Shown here: in pieces, positions 1-9,912 of the stretch
How positions within the stretch are numbered: position 1 is the first letter of the stretch
Layout: each line of letters starts with the position of its first letter
NCBI GenBank assembly: GCA_037442825.1
Contig: JBBIPN010000013.1
Coordinates: 1-24,845 of the forward strand
DNA from: Sulfurihydrogenibium sp.
Lineage (GTDB): Bacteria; Aquificota; Aquificia; Aquificales; Hydrogenothermaceae
Direction: 5' to 3'
DNA length: 24,845 nt
The notes under the pieces: model-generated
What the model saw: the letters and a program-made list of their open reading frames with translations, nothing else
Database searches by the model: none
What the model was told of the DNA's origin: nothing
Position numbers and translations under genes: made by a program

Positions 1-2970
1 TTCTGAAAAAATAAATAATGAACTTTCGTTGTTATCATCCTTTTCTAACCTTAAAGATAAATCACTTCTACATGGATAATAACCATAAATTATGACTGGC
101 TGGAAAATGTCTTCTTCTATTAAAAAATTTTTCAATCTTTCAAAGTTTGGTATTATCTCTTCATTTTTTAACTTTTCATACTCTTTGAAAGATTTATCTC
201 CCCTTTTATATCCCCATGCTCTTTTAAATAATGCTCCTTTGTTAATCCATTTAAATGCCAACTCTTTAACATATTCATAATCTTTACTTTCTGGCGTTAT
301 CCAAACCTTCCTTCCCCAGAAAGGTGGTGTTGGAACTGGAATACTCCTTGATGGCATAGTTATCTCTTTTAATGATGGAACTATTTTTTCTTCTTCAACG
401 CTAACATTTACTACCTCTTCTTTATAACCTAAATCTATATCAAATATACCTTTTTCTATCCTTGACATTGCTTCTATTCCATCAAAAGCATCTCTACAGT
501 AAAAGATAGGTCCATCATAGATAGGTCTACAGTACTCATCTACAAATTTTTTATTTAAAGCCGCTCCACCAAGTAAAACAGGTATTTTTATATTTCTTCT
601 TTGCATCTCCTCTAAATTATTTTTCATCTCTAAAGTTGATTTAACAAGTAAACCACTCATACCTATAGCATCTGCGTTATGTTCTTCTGCAGCTTTTAAA
701 AACTGTTCTAACTCTACTTTTATACCTAAATTTATAACTTTAAAACCATTGTTTGTTAAGATAATATCAACAAGGTTTTTACCTACATCATGAACATCAC
801 CTTTTACAGTTCCTAAAACTAATGTTGTTTTCTTCTGTTTTTCTGTTTTTGGTAGATATTGGTTAAGATAATCAACAGCTGCTTTCATCGTTTCAGCTGA
901 TTGTAATACAAAAGGTAGCTGCATTTTACCTTGACCAAATAAATCTCCAACGATCTTCATTCCATCAATTAAAATTTCATTTATTATCTTCTCTGGTGGT
1001 ATTATATGTCTTGCTTCTTCTACCGTTTTAATTAACTTCTCTTTTTCTCCATCTATTAATAATTTTTTTATTCTCTCTTCAATAGGTAATTTCTCAAGTT
1101 CATTTTCACCTGATTCTTTTTCAACTTCTTTATGTTTTGAAAAATGGTTAATAAATTTAAAAAGTGGATCTTCTCCATTTTCCCAAATATTAAAAAGTAA
1201 GTTTTCACAAATTTTTTTCTCGGGTTCTGCTATTTTATGGAATGGAATAAGATGTTTTGGATTTACTATTGCCATTGTTAAACCAGATTCTACACAATGA
1301 TGCAAAAAGACAGAGTTTAAATATTTTCTCCCATGCATATCTAAACCAAAAGATATGTTAGAAATACCCAAAACTGCCCCAACTTCTGGATGTCTTTGTC
1401 TGAGTTCTCTAATGGCTTCTATAGTTTGTATAGCTGCATCTCTATACTCTGAATCACCACTTCCCACTGTAAAAGTTAATAAATCAAAAACTAAATCTTC
1501 TGGGTTTAACCCATGATATTTTGTAGCTCTTTCATACATTCTTTCAGCAACTTCTAACTTTCTTTCTTTCGTTTTTGCCATACCTTTTTCATCTATCGTA
1601 AGAAGAACTAAAGCTGTTCCGTACCTTTTTGCAAGATAACAAACTTTATCAAACTTTTCAACACCATCCTCAAGGTTTGCTGAGTTTATTATTGGTTTTC
1701 CACCTATAAGCTTTAAAGCTGTTTCTACTGCTTTTGGTTGTGTAGAATCTACCATAAGAGGGATAGATACTTTTTGTACAAAACGACTTATAACCTCTTT
1801 CATGTCTTTTATTTCATCTCTTCCAGCATAGTTAACAGATACATCTAAAGCATGGGAACCTGATTTTACTTGTTCTTGAGCTATAGAGAGTATAGCATCA
1901 TAATCTTCTTTCATTAGAAGTTCTCTAAACTGTTTAGAACCTGTTGCGTTTGTCCTTTCTCCAACCAATAAAGGTGGTGGTTCTTGTTTTAATGGTACTG
2001 TCATAAATAAAGATGCTAAACTTCTCAGCTGTTTCCCTTTAGGTTGGATTGGCTTTTTACCTTTTACCATTTCATAAAGTGCTTTTATATGTATAGGTGT
2101 AGTTCCACAACAACCACCAACGATTGCTACCCCAGGAAAGTTCAGAAATTCTGACTCTTTTTCAGCAAACTCTTGAGCATTCATAGGATAGTATGTTTGA
2201 CCACCTCTATTTTCAGGAAGACCAGCATTGGCATGTATAGAGATATATCCTGACCATATCTCAGAAAGCTTTTTTATATGCTGTTTTACTTGATCTGGAC
2301 CAGTCCCACAGTTAAATCCAAGTGTAAGGATATCAAAAGGTTCCATTATAGCAGCTAATGTTTGAGCATCTGTTCCAATCAACATAGTTCCAGAAAGTTC
2401 TATCGTTGCAGATACCATTATAGGAATATCTAAACCTTTTTCTTTTGAAGCATCTGAAACTGCATGGATAGCTGCTTTTATCTGTAATGGATCTTGACAT
2501 GTTTCTATCAAAAATAGATCTACACCACCATCTATAAGACCATAAGCAGCAATTTTATAACCTTCGTACATAGTATCGTAATCAATATGACCTAAAGAAG
2601 GTAGTTTGGTTCCAGGGCCAAGAGAACCAGCTACAAACCTTGGTTTTTCTGCTGTTGAGTATTGTTGACAAACTTGTTTTACTAACTCTGCTCCTGCTTT
2701 TGCTGTATCGTATGCAAGATGAGATATCCCATACTCTTCTAATACCCAAGGTAAAGAACCAAATGTATTTGTTTTTATTAAATCTGCTCCAGCTTCAGCA
2801 TACTTTATATGAATACTTTTAATAATCTCTGGTGCATTTATATTTAAAATTTCATTACAACCAACTTTTCCATCCCATACATCCATATGGATAATCATAG
2901 ACTGGATCATTGTTCCCATTGCGCCATCTATAACAAGAACTCTTTCTTTTATCAATTCTCTTAAACTCAT
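1..2970 (-). CDS. metH: Cobalamin-dependent methionine synthase (3'-partial, runs off the left edge)
   Basis: Not in the ORF track. Manual translation from ATG at 2970 gives MSLRELIKERVLVIDGAMGTMIQ; GGCCGT (2101-2118); pterin-domain VGERTNATGSK; B12-binding GTVKGDVHDVGKN (DVHDVG at 781-798). Spot-checked motifs are all in one frame. Confidence 0.97.
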   Translation of the reverse strand, partial: MSLRELIKERVLVIDGAMGTMIQSMIIHMDVWDGKVGCNEILNINAPEIIKSIHIKYAEAGADLIKTNTFGSLPWVLEEYGISHLAYDTAKAGAELVKQVCQQYSTAEKPRFVAGSLGPGTKLPSLGHIDYDTMYEGYKIAAYGLIDGGVDLFLIETCQDPLQIKAAIHAVSDASKEKGLDIPIMVSATIELSGTMLIGTDAQTLAAIMEPFDILTLGFNCGTGPDQVKQHIKKLSEIWSGYISIHANAGLPENRGGQTYYPMNAQEFAEKESEFLNFPGVAIVGGCCGTTPIHIKALYEMVKGKKPIQPKGKQLRSLASLFMTVPLKQEPPPLLVGERTNATGSKQFRELLMKEDYDAILSIAQEQVKSGSHALDVSVNYAGRDEIKDMKEVISRFVQKVSIPLMVDSTQPKAVETALKLIGGKPIINSANLEDGVEKFDKVCYLAKRYGTALVLLTIDEKGMAKTKERKLEVAERMYERATKYHGLNPEDLVFDLLTFTVGSGDSEYRDAAIQTIEAIRELRQRHPEVGAVLGISNISFGLDMHGRKYLNSVFLHHCVESGLTMAIVNPKHLIPFHKIAEPEKKICENLLFNIWENGEDPLFKFINHFSKHKEVEKESGENELEKLPIEERIKKLLIDGEKEKLIKTVEEARHIIPPEKIINEILIDGMKIVGDLFGQGKMQLPFVLQSAETMKAAVDYLNQYLPKTEKQKKTTLVLGTVKGDVHDVGKNLVDIILTNNGFKVINLGIKVELEQFLKAAEEHNADAIGMSGLLVKSTLEMKNNLEEMQRRNIKIPVLLGGAALNKKFVDEYCRPIYDGPIFYCRDAFDGIEAMSRIEKGIFDIDLGYKEEVVNVSVEEEKIVPSLKEITMPSRSIPVPTPPFWGRKVWITPESKDYEYVKELAFKWINKGALFKRAWGYKRGDKSFKEYEKLKNEEIIPNFERLKNFLIEEDIFQPVIIYGYYPCRSDLSLRLEKDDNNESSLFIFSE

Positions 2971-2973
2971 ATA

Positions 2974-3387
2974 TCAAACTCCTATAATCTTTATTACTAC
3001 TCTTTTTGATCTTTTACCATCAAACTCTAAATAAAAAATCTCTTGCCAAGGACCTAAATCTAACTTTCCATTTGTAATTGGAACAACGACCTGTAAATGT
3101 GTTAATAGATTTTTTAAATGGGCATCACCATTATCTTCCCCTGTTTGATGATGGTTATAATCTCTCTTAAATGGAGCTAACTCCTCAAGCCATTGCCATA
3201 TATCTTCATGTAAACCTTCTTCATCATCTTGAATTATAACAGATGCAGTAAGATGCATAGAAGATATCAAACATAAACCTTCTTTTATACCAGATTCTTT
3301 TAAAGCTTCCTTTACTTCTTCTGTTATTCTTATAATTTCCCTTTCATTTGCCGTTTTAAATGTTAAATATTTAGTAAAACTTTTCAT
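2974..3387 (-). CDS. yjbQ: YjbQ/UPF0047 family protein (secondary thiamine-phosphate synthase family)
   Basis: Motifs [32 protein letters not shown]; stop codon 3 nt before the metH start; AAGGAG RBS. Confidence 0.92.
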   Translation of the reverse strand: MKSFTKYLTFKTANEREIIRITEEVKEALKESGIKEGLCLISSMHLTASVIIQDDEEGLHEDIWQWLEELAPFKRDYNHHQTGEDNGDAHLKNLLTHLQVVVPITNGKLDLGPWQEIFYLEFDGKRSKRVVIKIIGV

Positions 3388-3469
3388 CTTCTAACTCCTT
3401 AAAATATGTAATAATATTTTAAACTTTTTTTCATATTCTACGAATAAGTATATAAAAGGAGGTTTTAAT

Positions 3470-3772
3470 ATGGTAAGGAAAATTTTATCTATTTTGTTTA
3501 TTTTATCTATTTTTTCAACGTTTTCACAGGCTATAGAAAAAACAAGTATAACAACATCTGAGTATTTAGACTCAGCAAGGGATGCTCTAAAAACAGCTTA
3601 TGAAAGTGGTGCAAATATAAAGGCTCCTTATGAGTATGGAAAAGCAGAAGGATTTTATAAAATAGCAGTGGAAAAAGCTTCAAACTTTAATCTTGAAGAA
3701 GCTGTTGATGCAGCTAAAAAATCTGTAGAATGGTCGTTAAAGGCATTAGAAAAATCTAAAAAAGGAGAGTAA
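3470..3772 (+). CDS. Exported DUF4398-like helical protein, typical partner of OmpA-domain proteins
   Basis: Signal peptide ending SQA; 'A..AL..A...GA...APYEY.KA' pattern; AAGGAGG RBS; directly upstream of an OmpA gene. Confidence 0.75.
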   Translation: MVRKILSILFILSIFSTFSQAIEKTSITTSEYLDSARDALKTAYESGANIKAPYEYGKAEGFYKIAVEKASNFNLEEAVDAAKKSVEWSLKALEKSKKGE

Positions 3773-3774
3773 AA

Positions 3775-4554
3775 ATGAGGAGAGCTATTGCATTATCAGG
3801 ATTAATACTTGGTTTAAATTTCTTTGCTAATGGGGAAAATTTAAATATAAGTGAAATAGAAGAAAAATTACAAAAATTAAAAGAAAAACATGCTTTAGAA
3901 TGTTCACCAAGAGAAGTTGGACTGTTAGAAAGTTATTTAGAAAGTTTAAGAATATCCCAAAATGAAACAAAAGATGTTTCAAACATTATTTATCCTATAA
4001 AAGTAAGCAAAATTTTAACAGAAATAGAAAAAAATATAAACTCTGATAAAGATAATGATGGTATTCCTTGCTATAAAGAAATTGAACTTGGATTAAACCC
4101 AAATGTATCTGATAAAATAGAAAAAACAAAGATAGTAGAGAAAAAAGAAGAACAAAAATTGGATATTGCCACACAACCTAAAGAAGAACAGAAAGTTGAT
4201 ATATCTCCATTAAATCAGCCAGTTAGGATCCATTTCTATACAAACAGTGCAAAAATTAAAAAAGAGTATCTTCCATATCTAAATGTAGTTTCAAAATATC
4301 TGAAAACACATCAAGATATAAAACTAAAAATTGTTGGTTTTACTGATGATAGAGGAAGTAAAAATTATAATGATAAATTAGCATTAAAAAGGGCAAAAGC
4401 TGTTAGAGATTACCTGGTTAAACAAGGTATACCTAAAGATAGGATAAAAATAGAAGGAATAGGAAAAGATAATTATATAACGTCTAATAAAAATGGGGTA
4501 GACAGATTTACAAATAGAAGAGCAGAATTTTATATTATTTCCATAGAAAAATAA
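3775..4554 (+). CDS. OmpA-family peptidoglycan-binding protein
   Basis: C-terminal OmpA_C motifs IHF..NS, GFTDDRGS..YN.KLA.KRA.AV..YL, NRRAE; signal peptide; DKDNDG Ca-binding-like motif. Confidence 0.9.
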   Translation: MRRAIALSGLILGLNFFANGENLNISEIEEKLQKLKEKHALECSPREVGLLESYLESLRISQNETKDVSNIIYPIKVSKILTEIEKNINSDKDNDGIPCYKEIELGLNPNVSDKIEKTKIVEKKEEQKLDIATQPKEEQKVDISPLNQPVRIHFYTNSAKIKKEYLPYLNVVSKYLKTHQDIKLKIVGFTDDRGSKNYNDKLALKRAKAVRDYLVKQGIPKDRIKIEGIGKDNYITSNKNGVDRFTNRRAEFYIISIEK

Positions 4555-4555
4555 A

Positions 4556-5035
4556 TTGGCTTCTGGAAGAACCCACGAATTAATAAACTTGGCAGTTCTT
4601 CCTCCTGTTGTTTATTATTTATCTCCAAACGATCTAATAAGTTTTTTAGGAGGGTACTTTGTAGGGACCTTCCTTTTATCTCCAGACAATGATATATACA
4701 ACTCAAAACCAAACAAAAGATGGAAGATACTAAGATTTATATGGACTCCTTATACAAAGATATTTAAACATAGAGGAATATCCCACATACCTATATATGG
4801 GACAGTTACAAAAATGTTATATTTAATAGGAATAGTTTTAATTATTTTTTTTATTTTAGAGATTTTAAATATTTTAAAAGTCCACAATCAAAACATAAAT
4901 ATCAAAAGCATTCTATTAAATCCAATTTTTCTTTCCTTTATTATTGGTTTGATTTTAGCAGAGATTGTGCATATATTTACAGATATTATATATAGCACAT
5001 TTAAAGGGTTAAAACCTAAAAAAAAGAGAAGATGA
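4556..5035 (+). CDS. DUF2227-like putative membrane metal-binding protein / metal-dependent hydrolase
   Basis: TTG start; MASGRTH, LLSPD.D, W.PY...F.HRG.SH and H...D motifs; hydrophobic segments. Confidence 0.78.
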   Translation: MASGRTHELINLAVLPPVVYYLSPNDLISFLGGYFVGTFLLSPDNDIYNSKPNKRWKILRFIWTPYTKIFKHRGISHIPIYGTVTKMLYLIGIVLIIFFILEILNILKVHNQNINIKSILLNPIFLSFIIGLILAEIVHIFTDIIYSTFKGLKPKKKRR

Positions 5036-6159
5036 TTAAACCTTTAAAACTATTTAAAATATTTGGAATAGAAATTAATATTGATTACAGTTGGTTTATT
5101 GCTTTTTTACTTGTAACATTAAGTCTATCTTATGGTTATTATCCATCTCTATATAAAGGTTTTGATAGCTATATATATTTACTCTTTAGTATGTTTTCTG
5201 CGATACTTTTATTTTCATCTGTACTATTACATGAGATCTCTCACTCTATAGTTGCTATAAAATATGGTATCCCAGTAAGAGATATTTATCTATTTATATT
5301 TGGTGGTGTTGCTATGATTGAACAAGAGCCAAATTCACCAAAAACAGAGTTTAAAATAGCAATAGCAGGTCCATTAATGAGCTTTTTCCTTGCATCTATA
5401 TTTTTTACAGTTGCATATTTATATCCAAAGGATGATATTTTCAACGGCCTTATAAACTACATGTTTTTTGTAAATTTAACTTTAGGTATGTTTAACTTAA
5501 TTCCAGCTTTTCCACTCGATGGAGGTAGATTATTTAGAGCTATACTTTGGAATAAATATGGTATACTAAAAGCTACAGAAATAGCCTTTAAATTTGGAAC
5601 TTATTTTGGATTATTTTTAATCTTTACAGGATTTTTCTTTTTTATCTCAGGGAGCTTTTTAAATGGATTTTGGTTAATTTTTTTAGGATTTTTCATAAAA
5701 AAAGCTTCTAAAGATGCTTTCTTACAGACACAGATATCTGTATTATTGTCAAAATTTAGAGTGGAAAATATTATGAAAACAATGAATCCATTATATGAAG
5801 AACTACCTTTAAGAGAATTTTTAAACTACCACTACCCTTTAATTGAAACTAACATTTACCCAGTTTTAACAACAAATGGAGATATTTTATTTTTAGATAG
5901 GAATAGTATAAATAATTTTCAACACCAAGATATAAATAATCTAAAATTAAAAGATATTCTAAAACATATAAACTACTATATACTACCTGATGAAAAATTA
6001 AATAAAGTATACAATTTTATGAAAAAAAATAATCTCTATGATATACCAGTAAAGGATAATTCTACTTTTTTAGGAATTTTAAGAAAAAAAGATATAGATT
6101 ATCTAATAGATAAACATCTAAAGGAAAGGAGAGATGAAAGTTTTAATTATAGAAGATGA
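5032..6159 (+). CDS. Site-2 protease (M50 family) with degenerate C-terminal CBS domains
   Basis: HEISH zinc motif, FIFGGVA, IAIAGP, FNLIPAFPLDGGR; several TM segments; CBS-like 'IPV.D...FLGIL...DI'; ATGA overlap with the upstream gene. Confidence 0.92.
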   Translation: MIKPLKLFKIFGIEINIDYSWFIAFLLVTLSLSYGYYPSLYKGFDSYIYLLFSMFSAILLFSSVLLHEISHSIVAIKYGIPVRDIYLFIFGGVAMIEQEPNSPKTEFKIAIAGPLMSFFLASIFFTVAYLYPKDDIFNGLINYMFFVNLTLGMFNLIPAFPLDGGRLFRAILWNKYGILKATEIAFKFGTYFGLFLIFTGFFFFISGSFLNGFWLIFLGFFIKKASKDAFLQTQISVLLSKFRVENIMKTMNPLYEELPLREFLNYHYPLIETNIYPVLTTNGDILFLDRNSINNFQHQDINNLKLKDILKHINYYILPDEKLNKVYNFMKKNNLYDIPVKDNSTFLGILRKKDIDYLIDKHLKERRDESFNYRR

Positions 6160-6808
6160 TAAAAACCTATCACACCTTATTAAAAAAAGATTAAAAGAAG
6201 AAGGATTTGAAGTAGTTCAAACATTTGATGCTGAAGAAGGATTAAGTTACGTGCTTTATGATAACTATGATGTGATAATATTAGATCTGATGCTTCCTAA
6301 AATGTCTGGTTTTTATGTCATAGAAAACCTAAGAAATAAAAAAATAAAAACACCTATCTTAATACTGAGTGCAAAAGAAAGTACAGAAGATAAGGTAAAA
6401 GGTTTAGAATTAGGAGCTGATGACTATCTGACGAAACCTTTTAGTTTTCCAGAACTAGTAGCAAGAATAAACGCTTTAATAAGAAGAAGTAAAACTATAG
6501 AAGATATATCTAAGTTAAAGTATGAAGATTTAATAATAGACTTACTAAAAAAAGAAGTATACAGAGGAAATAAAAAAATAGATCTAACATCAAAAGAGTT
6601 TGAACTTTTAAAGTATTTAGTAGAAAATGCTGAAAGGATTATAACCAGAAACATGATTTTATCAAATGTTTTTGAAATAGATTTTGATATAGAAAGTAAT
6701 GTGGTTGATGTCCAGATTCACAGATTAAGGGATAAAATAGACAAAGGTTTTGAAAGAAAGCTAATACATACTGTCCGTGGCTTTGGATATGTACTTAAAT
6801 ACAATTAA
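6134..6808 (+). CDS. OmpR/PhoB-family response regulator
   Basis: EDD, LDLMLP (phospho-Asp), GADDYLTKPF, winged helix NVVDVQIHRLR.K, IHTVRGFGY; AAGGAG RBS. Confidence 0.95.
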   Translation: MKVLIIEDDKNLSHLIKKRLKEEGFEVVQTFDAEEGLSYVLYDNYDVIILDLMLPKMSGFYVIENLRNKKIKTPILILSAKESTEDKVKGLELGADDYLTKPFSFPELVARINALIRRSKTIEDISKLKYEDLIIDLLKKEVYRGNKKIDLTSKEFELLKYLVENAERIITRNMILSNVFEIDFDIESNVVDVQIHRLRDKIDKGFERKLIHTVRGFGYVLKYN

Positions 6809-8204
6809 AGCTTTAAACAAAATTAGCGTAAAGATTACCTTAATTTATTCATTAATATTGCTTACATCCTTAATCATATCATTTTTTGCTATTTATTCAT
6901 TTTTTGAGATTTATCTTGATAATAAAACTAAAGAAGAACTTGTAGAAAAAGCAAAAAGCTATAAAATACTGTTTACTCAAGAAGGTTTATCAGGTTTAAA
7001 AAAACAGATCTTAAAAGAAAATGAAGTTATAAAAAACGTAGAGCAGTTTTATAAAATCTACGACTCTAAAGGAAATATAATACTAAGTACGAATATTTCT
7101 GTTTATACTTACAATATTGTATTTGATTTACAGAATTATAAAAAGCTTAAAACAGATAACTACCTAATAACTACTCAAGACCAATTTTATATAATGATTT
7201 ATAAACTATCATCAAAGTATACATTAGTTATTGGAAAATCAAAAATAAATAATAATAAACTTCTTAATAGACTTTTACAGATTTTTTATTACTGGGGATT
7301 AGCAGTATTTATAATCTCATTTTTAGGTGGGCTTATCATAGCAAATTCTATAACAAGAAAAATAAAAAAAATAACAAATACAGCTAAAGAGCTCTCTACA
7401 AGTATGAATTTAAAAAGAAGGATAGAAGTAAAAAATTTCGGGGATGAGATAGATGAACTTGGAACAATTATAAACAATCTTTTAGATAGGATAGAAAACT
7501 TAATAAAAACATTAAAAGAAACTACAGAAAGTATAGCCCATGACCTTAAAACACCTATCTCCAGAATAAAAGCAGCTTCAGAAAATATGCTCATCAAAAA
7601 CAAGATTACTAAAGAATGTACAGATTTATTAGTTTATATCATAGAGGAGACTAATTCACTAAACCAGATGATAGGAGATCTGCTAACCATCTCTAAATTA
7701 GAATCAGGAGCTATAGAGATTCAAAAAAGTAAACTAAATTTATCAAAAATAGTAAAAAATCTTTACAACCTCTTTAAAGATTATGCTAATACTAAAAATG
7801 TAAATATAGAGTTAGATATTCCAGAAGAATTATACATTTTAGGGAATGAAAACTATCTAACAAGAGCTATAGCAAATTTAATAGACAATGCTATAAAATT
7901 CAATAAAGAAGGTGGAAAGGTTTTCATTAAAATCTATGAAAAAGAAGATAAGGTTATTTTTTCTATAAAAGATACAGGTATAGGTATACCACAAGATAAA
8001 ATTAACAAAATCTTTGAAAAATTTTTCAGGGTTGATGAAAGTAGAGGTATATACTTAGGAAGCGGTTTAGGATTAAGCTTAGTAAAAGCAATTTTAGATC
8101 AACATAATGCAACTACAGATGTTATAAGTATAGAAAACGAAGGAACAGAATTTACAATAACATTTCCAAAGATTACAAACAATGGGTTTTGCAGCAATAG
8201 CTGA
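6789..8204 (+). CDS. HAMP-domain sensor histidine kinase
   Basis: Two TM helices, HAMP (DEIDEL), H-box IAHDLKTP, N-box NLIDNAIKF, DTGIGI, FEKFFR, GSGLGL. ATG at 6789 preferred over the in-frame GTG at 6777. Confidence 0.93.
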   Translation: MYLNTIKALNKISVKITLIYSLILLTSLIISFFAIYSFFEIYLDNKTKEELVEKAKSYKILFTQEGLSGLKKQILKENEVIKNVEQFYKIYDSKGNIILSTNISVYTYNIVFDLQNYKKLKTDNYLITTQDQFYIMIYKLSSKYTLVIGKSKINNNKLLNRLLQIFYYWGLAVFIISFLGGLIIANSITRKIKKITNTAKELSTSMNLKRRIEVKNFGDEIDELGTIINNLLDRIENLIKTLKETTESIAHDLKTPISRIKAASENMLIKNKITKECTDLLVYIIEETNSLNQMIGDLLTISKLESGAIEIQKSKLNLSKIVKNLYNLFKDYANTKNVNIELDIPEELYILGNENYLTRAIANLIDNAIKFNKEGGKVFIKIYEKEDKVIFSIKDTGIGIPQDKINKIFEKFFRVDESRGIYLGSGLGLSLVKAILDQHNATTDVISIENEGTEFTITFPKITNNGFCSNS

Positions 8205-8292
8205 AGAAAAAGCTTATTTATAGAATTTTAGCATATAAAGAGAGTTTAGATTATGTTAAAATAAAAAATCATTTCTTAAATGGAGAAGTAGA

Positions 8293-8709
8293 TTGTATAA
8301 GTATATTTTTCTTTTACTTATGTTTTTAATTAACTCTTGCCAAAAATTGCCACCAGAAGCAGAATTTATAAAAAAGAACAAAATAGAAGGAAAAATAGTA
8401 GTAAATGATAAAATAAAAGAGAAATGCAAAGGAACATTATTTTTAATAGTCAGAAAAGGTATATCTCCACAACCTTTAGCAGTAAAAAAAATGGAACTAT
8501 TAAAAGATAATAAAAATTTTAAAATAACACCTGCAGATGTATTAATTGAAAATTTATTTAAAGAGTTTAGTGGTGAAGTTATAATCTATGCAAAAGTATC
8601 TAAAAGTAGTAACCCTGCAGAAAGCAAGGAAAGTTGTGAAAGTGATCCAATAGTTGTCAAAACAGGAAGTAAAAACATAACAATAAAAATAGATAAATAT
8701 ATAGAGTAA
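8293..8709 (+). CDS. Lipoprotein resembling the CcmI/CycH C-terminal domain
   Basis: TTG start with GGAG RBS; lipobox-like INSC; 'TLFLIVR....PQPLAVKK...F.IT.ADV...V.IYAKVSKS' resembles the CycH C-terminal domain. Confidence 0.6.
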   Translation: MYKYIFLLLMFLINSCQKLPPEAEFIKKNKIEGKIVVNDKIKEKCKGTLFLIVRKGISPQPLAVKKMELLKDNKNFKITPADVLIENLFKEFSGEVIIYAKVSKSSNPAESKESCESDPIVVKTGSKNITIKIDKYIE

Positions 8710-8712
8710 AAG

Positions 8713-9912
8713 ATGAAAGCTATAGTTATAGTAACAGGAAGTGAATTTGTACAAGGAAGAAAACAAGACAAAAATGGTCTACATATAGCAAAAACTCTTT
8801 TTGAAAGAGGTATTGATGTAGTTGGAATAATTTTTTCTCCAGATAGCATATATGAACTTACAAACTATATAAAATACGCTATAGATAGAGGAGATTTAGT
8901 TTTCATATCTGGTGGATTGGGCCCAACTACAGATGATAACACAAGACAAGCTGTAGCAGATGCTATAGGAGTTCCCCTTATCTATCATGAAAGTTGGTTA
9001 AACCACCTAAAAACATACTATAAAAGTAAAGGTATTGAAATTACAGAAGAAAGAAAAAGTATGGCTAAAATTCCATATGGAGCTGCTTTAATAGGAAATC
9101 CTGTTGGAAGAGCCGCTGGATTTATAAAAGTTTTAGATGATGTAAAAAAAGCTGTTGTAACATTACCAGGTATACCTTCTGAATTTAAACCAATGTTTGA
9201 AAAAGCTTTAGAATATTTAGAAATCAAAGAAAAAAAAAGATTTACCAAACTTTTTAGAGTTTTTGGTATCAAAGAATTAGACTTAAATTATCTACTTGAC
9301 GACATAAAAGATTTAAGTTTTAACGTTTCTCCTAAAGGTGTTGATATATTTCTTTATGAAGACGATTTTAGTACTTTCAAAACTAAAGAAGAAAAGATAA
9401 AAGAGAGACTTGGAACTTACATTTATGCTGAAGATAACATTGAAATGGAAGAGGTTGTTGGAAATCTTTTAAAAGAAAACAATAAAAAAGTAGCTACAGC
9501 AGAATCTTCAACAGGTGGATTAATTATTTCAAGACTTGTAAATGTTCCTGGTTCTTCTTCTTATGTATTAGGTGGAGTAGTTAGTTATGCAAATGAGGTA
9601 AAAATCAATATTTTAAATGTAAATAAAGAAGATATTGAAAAATATGGAGCTGTAAGTGAAACTGTTGCAAAACAGATGGTTGAAGGTGTAAGAAAACTTC
9701 TAAAATCAGATATAGCTGTAAGCGATACAGGAATAGCTGGACCCACAGGATATAGTGATGAAAAACCACTTGGTCTTCATTACATAGGATTCTCTGATGG
9801 AAAAAATATAAAAGTTTATGAAGAGATTTTTGAAGGTGAGAGAAATGATGTTAGACTATATATTTCCCAGTTTGTTCTTAATCTAATTAGGTTGTACTTT
9901 ATTAATAAATAA
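8713..9912 (+). CDS. cinA: CinA family protein (molybdopterin-binding-like domain plus PncC NMN deamidase)
   Basis: SGGLGPTTDD.T, LPG.P.E, ATAESSTGG, GSS.Y..GG.V.Y.N..K, GAVS, TGIAGP.G. Confidence 0.92.
   Translation: MKAIVIVTGSEFVQGRKQDKNGLHIAKTLFERGIDVVGIIFSPDSIYELTNYIKYAIDRGDLVFISGGLGPTTDDNTRQAVADAIGVPLIYHESWLNHLKTYYKSKGIEITEERKSMAKIPYGAALIGNPVGRAAGFIKVLDDVKKAVVTLPGIPSEFKPMFEKALEYLEIKEKKRFTKLFRVFGIKELDLNYLLDDIKDLSFNVSPKGVDIFLYEDDFSTFKTKEEKIKERLGTYIYAEDNIEMEEVVGNLLKENNKKVATAESSTGGLIISRLVNVPGSSSYVLGGVVSYANEVKINILNVNKEDIEKYGAVSETVAKQMVEGVRKLLKSDIAVSDTGIAGPTGYSDEKPLGLHYIGFSDGKNIKVYEEIFEGERNDVRLYISQFVLNLIRLYFINK

Noticed and set aside
92..2822. Short plus-strand ORFs 92-280 and 2640-2822
   Set aside because: Antisense shadows of metH with no RBS or motifs.
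3388..3469. Possible SAM or cobalamin riboswitch upstream of yjbQ-metH, and the inverted repeat TTAAAATAT-N6-ATATTTTAA (3399-3422)
   Set aside because: The spacer is only 82 nt, very AT-rich and lacks riboswitch motifs; an all-AT repeat is expected by chance.
5018..5025. A8 tract as a phase-variation site
   Set aside because: It encodes a C-terminal Lys run and the reading frame and ATGA coupling are intact.
8180..8223. Mini-ORF MGFAAIAEEKAYL overlapping the kinase stop
   Set aside because: 13 codons, no RBS and no recognisable homology.
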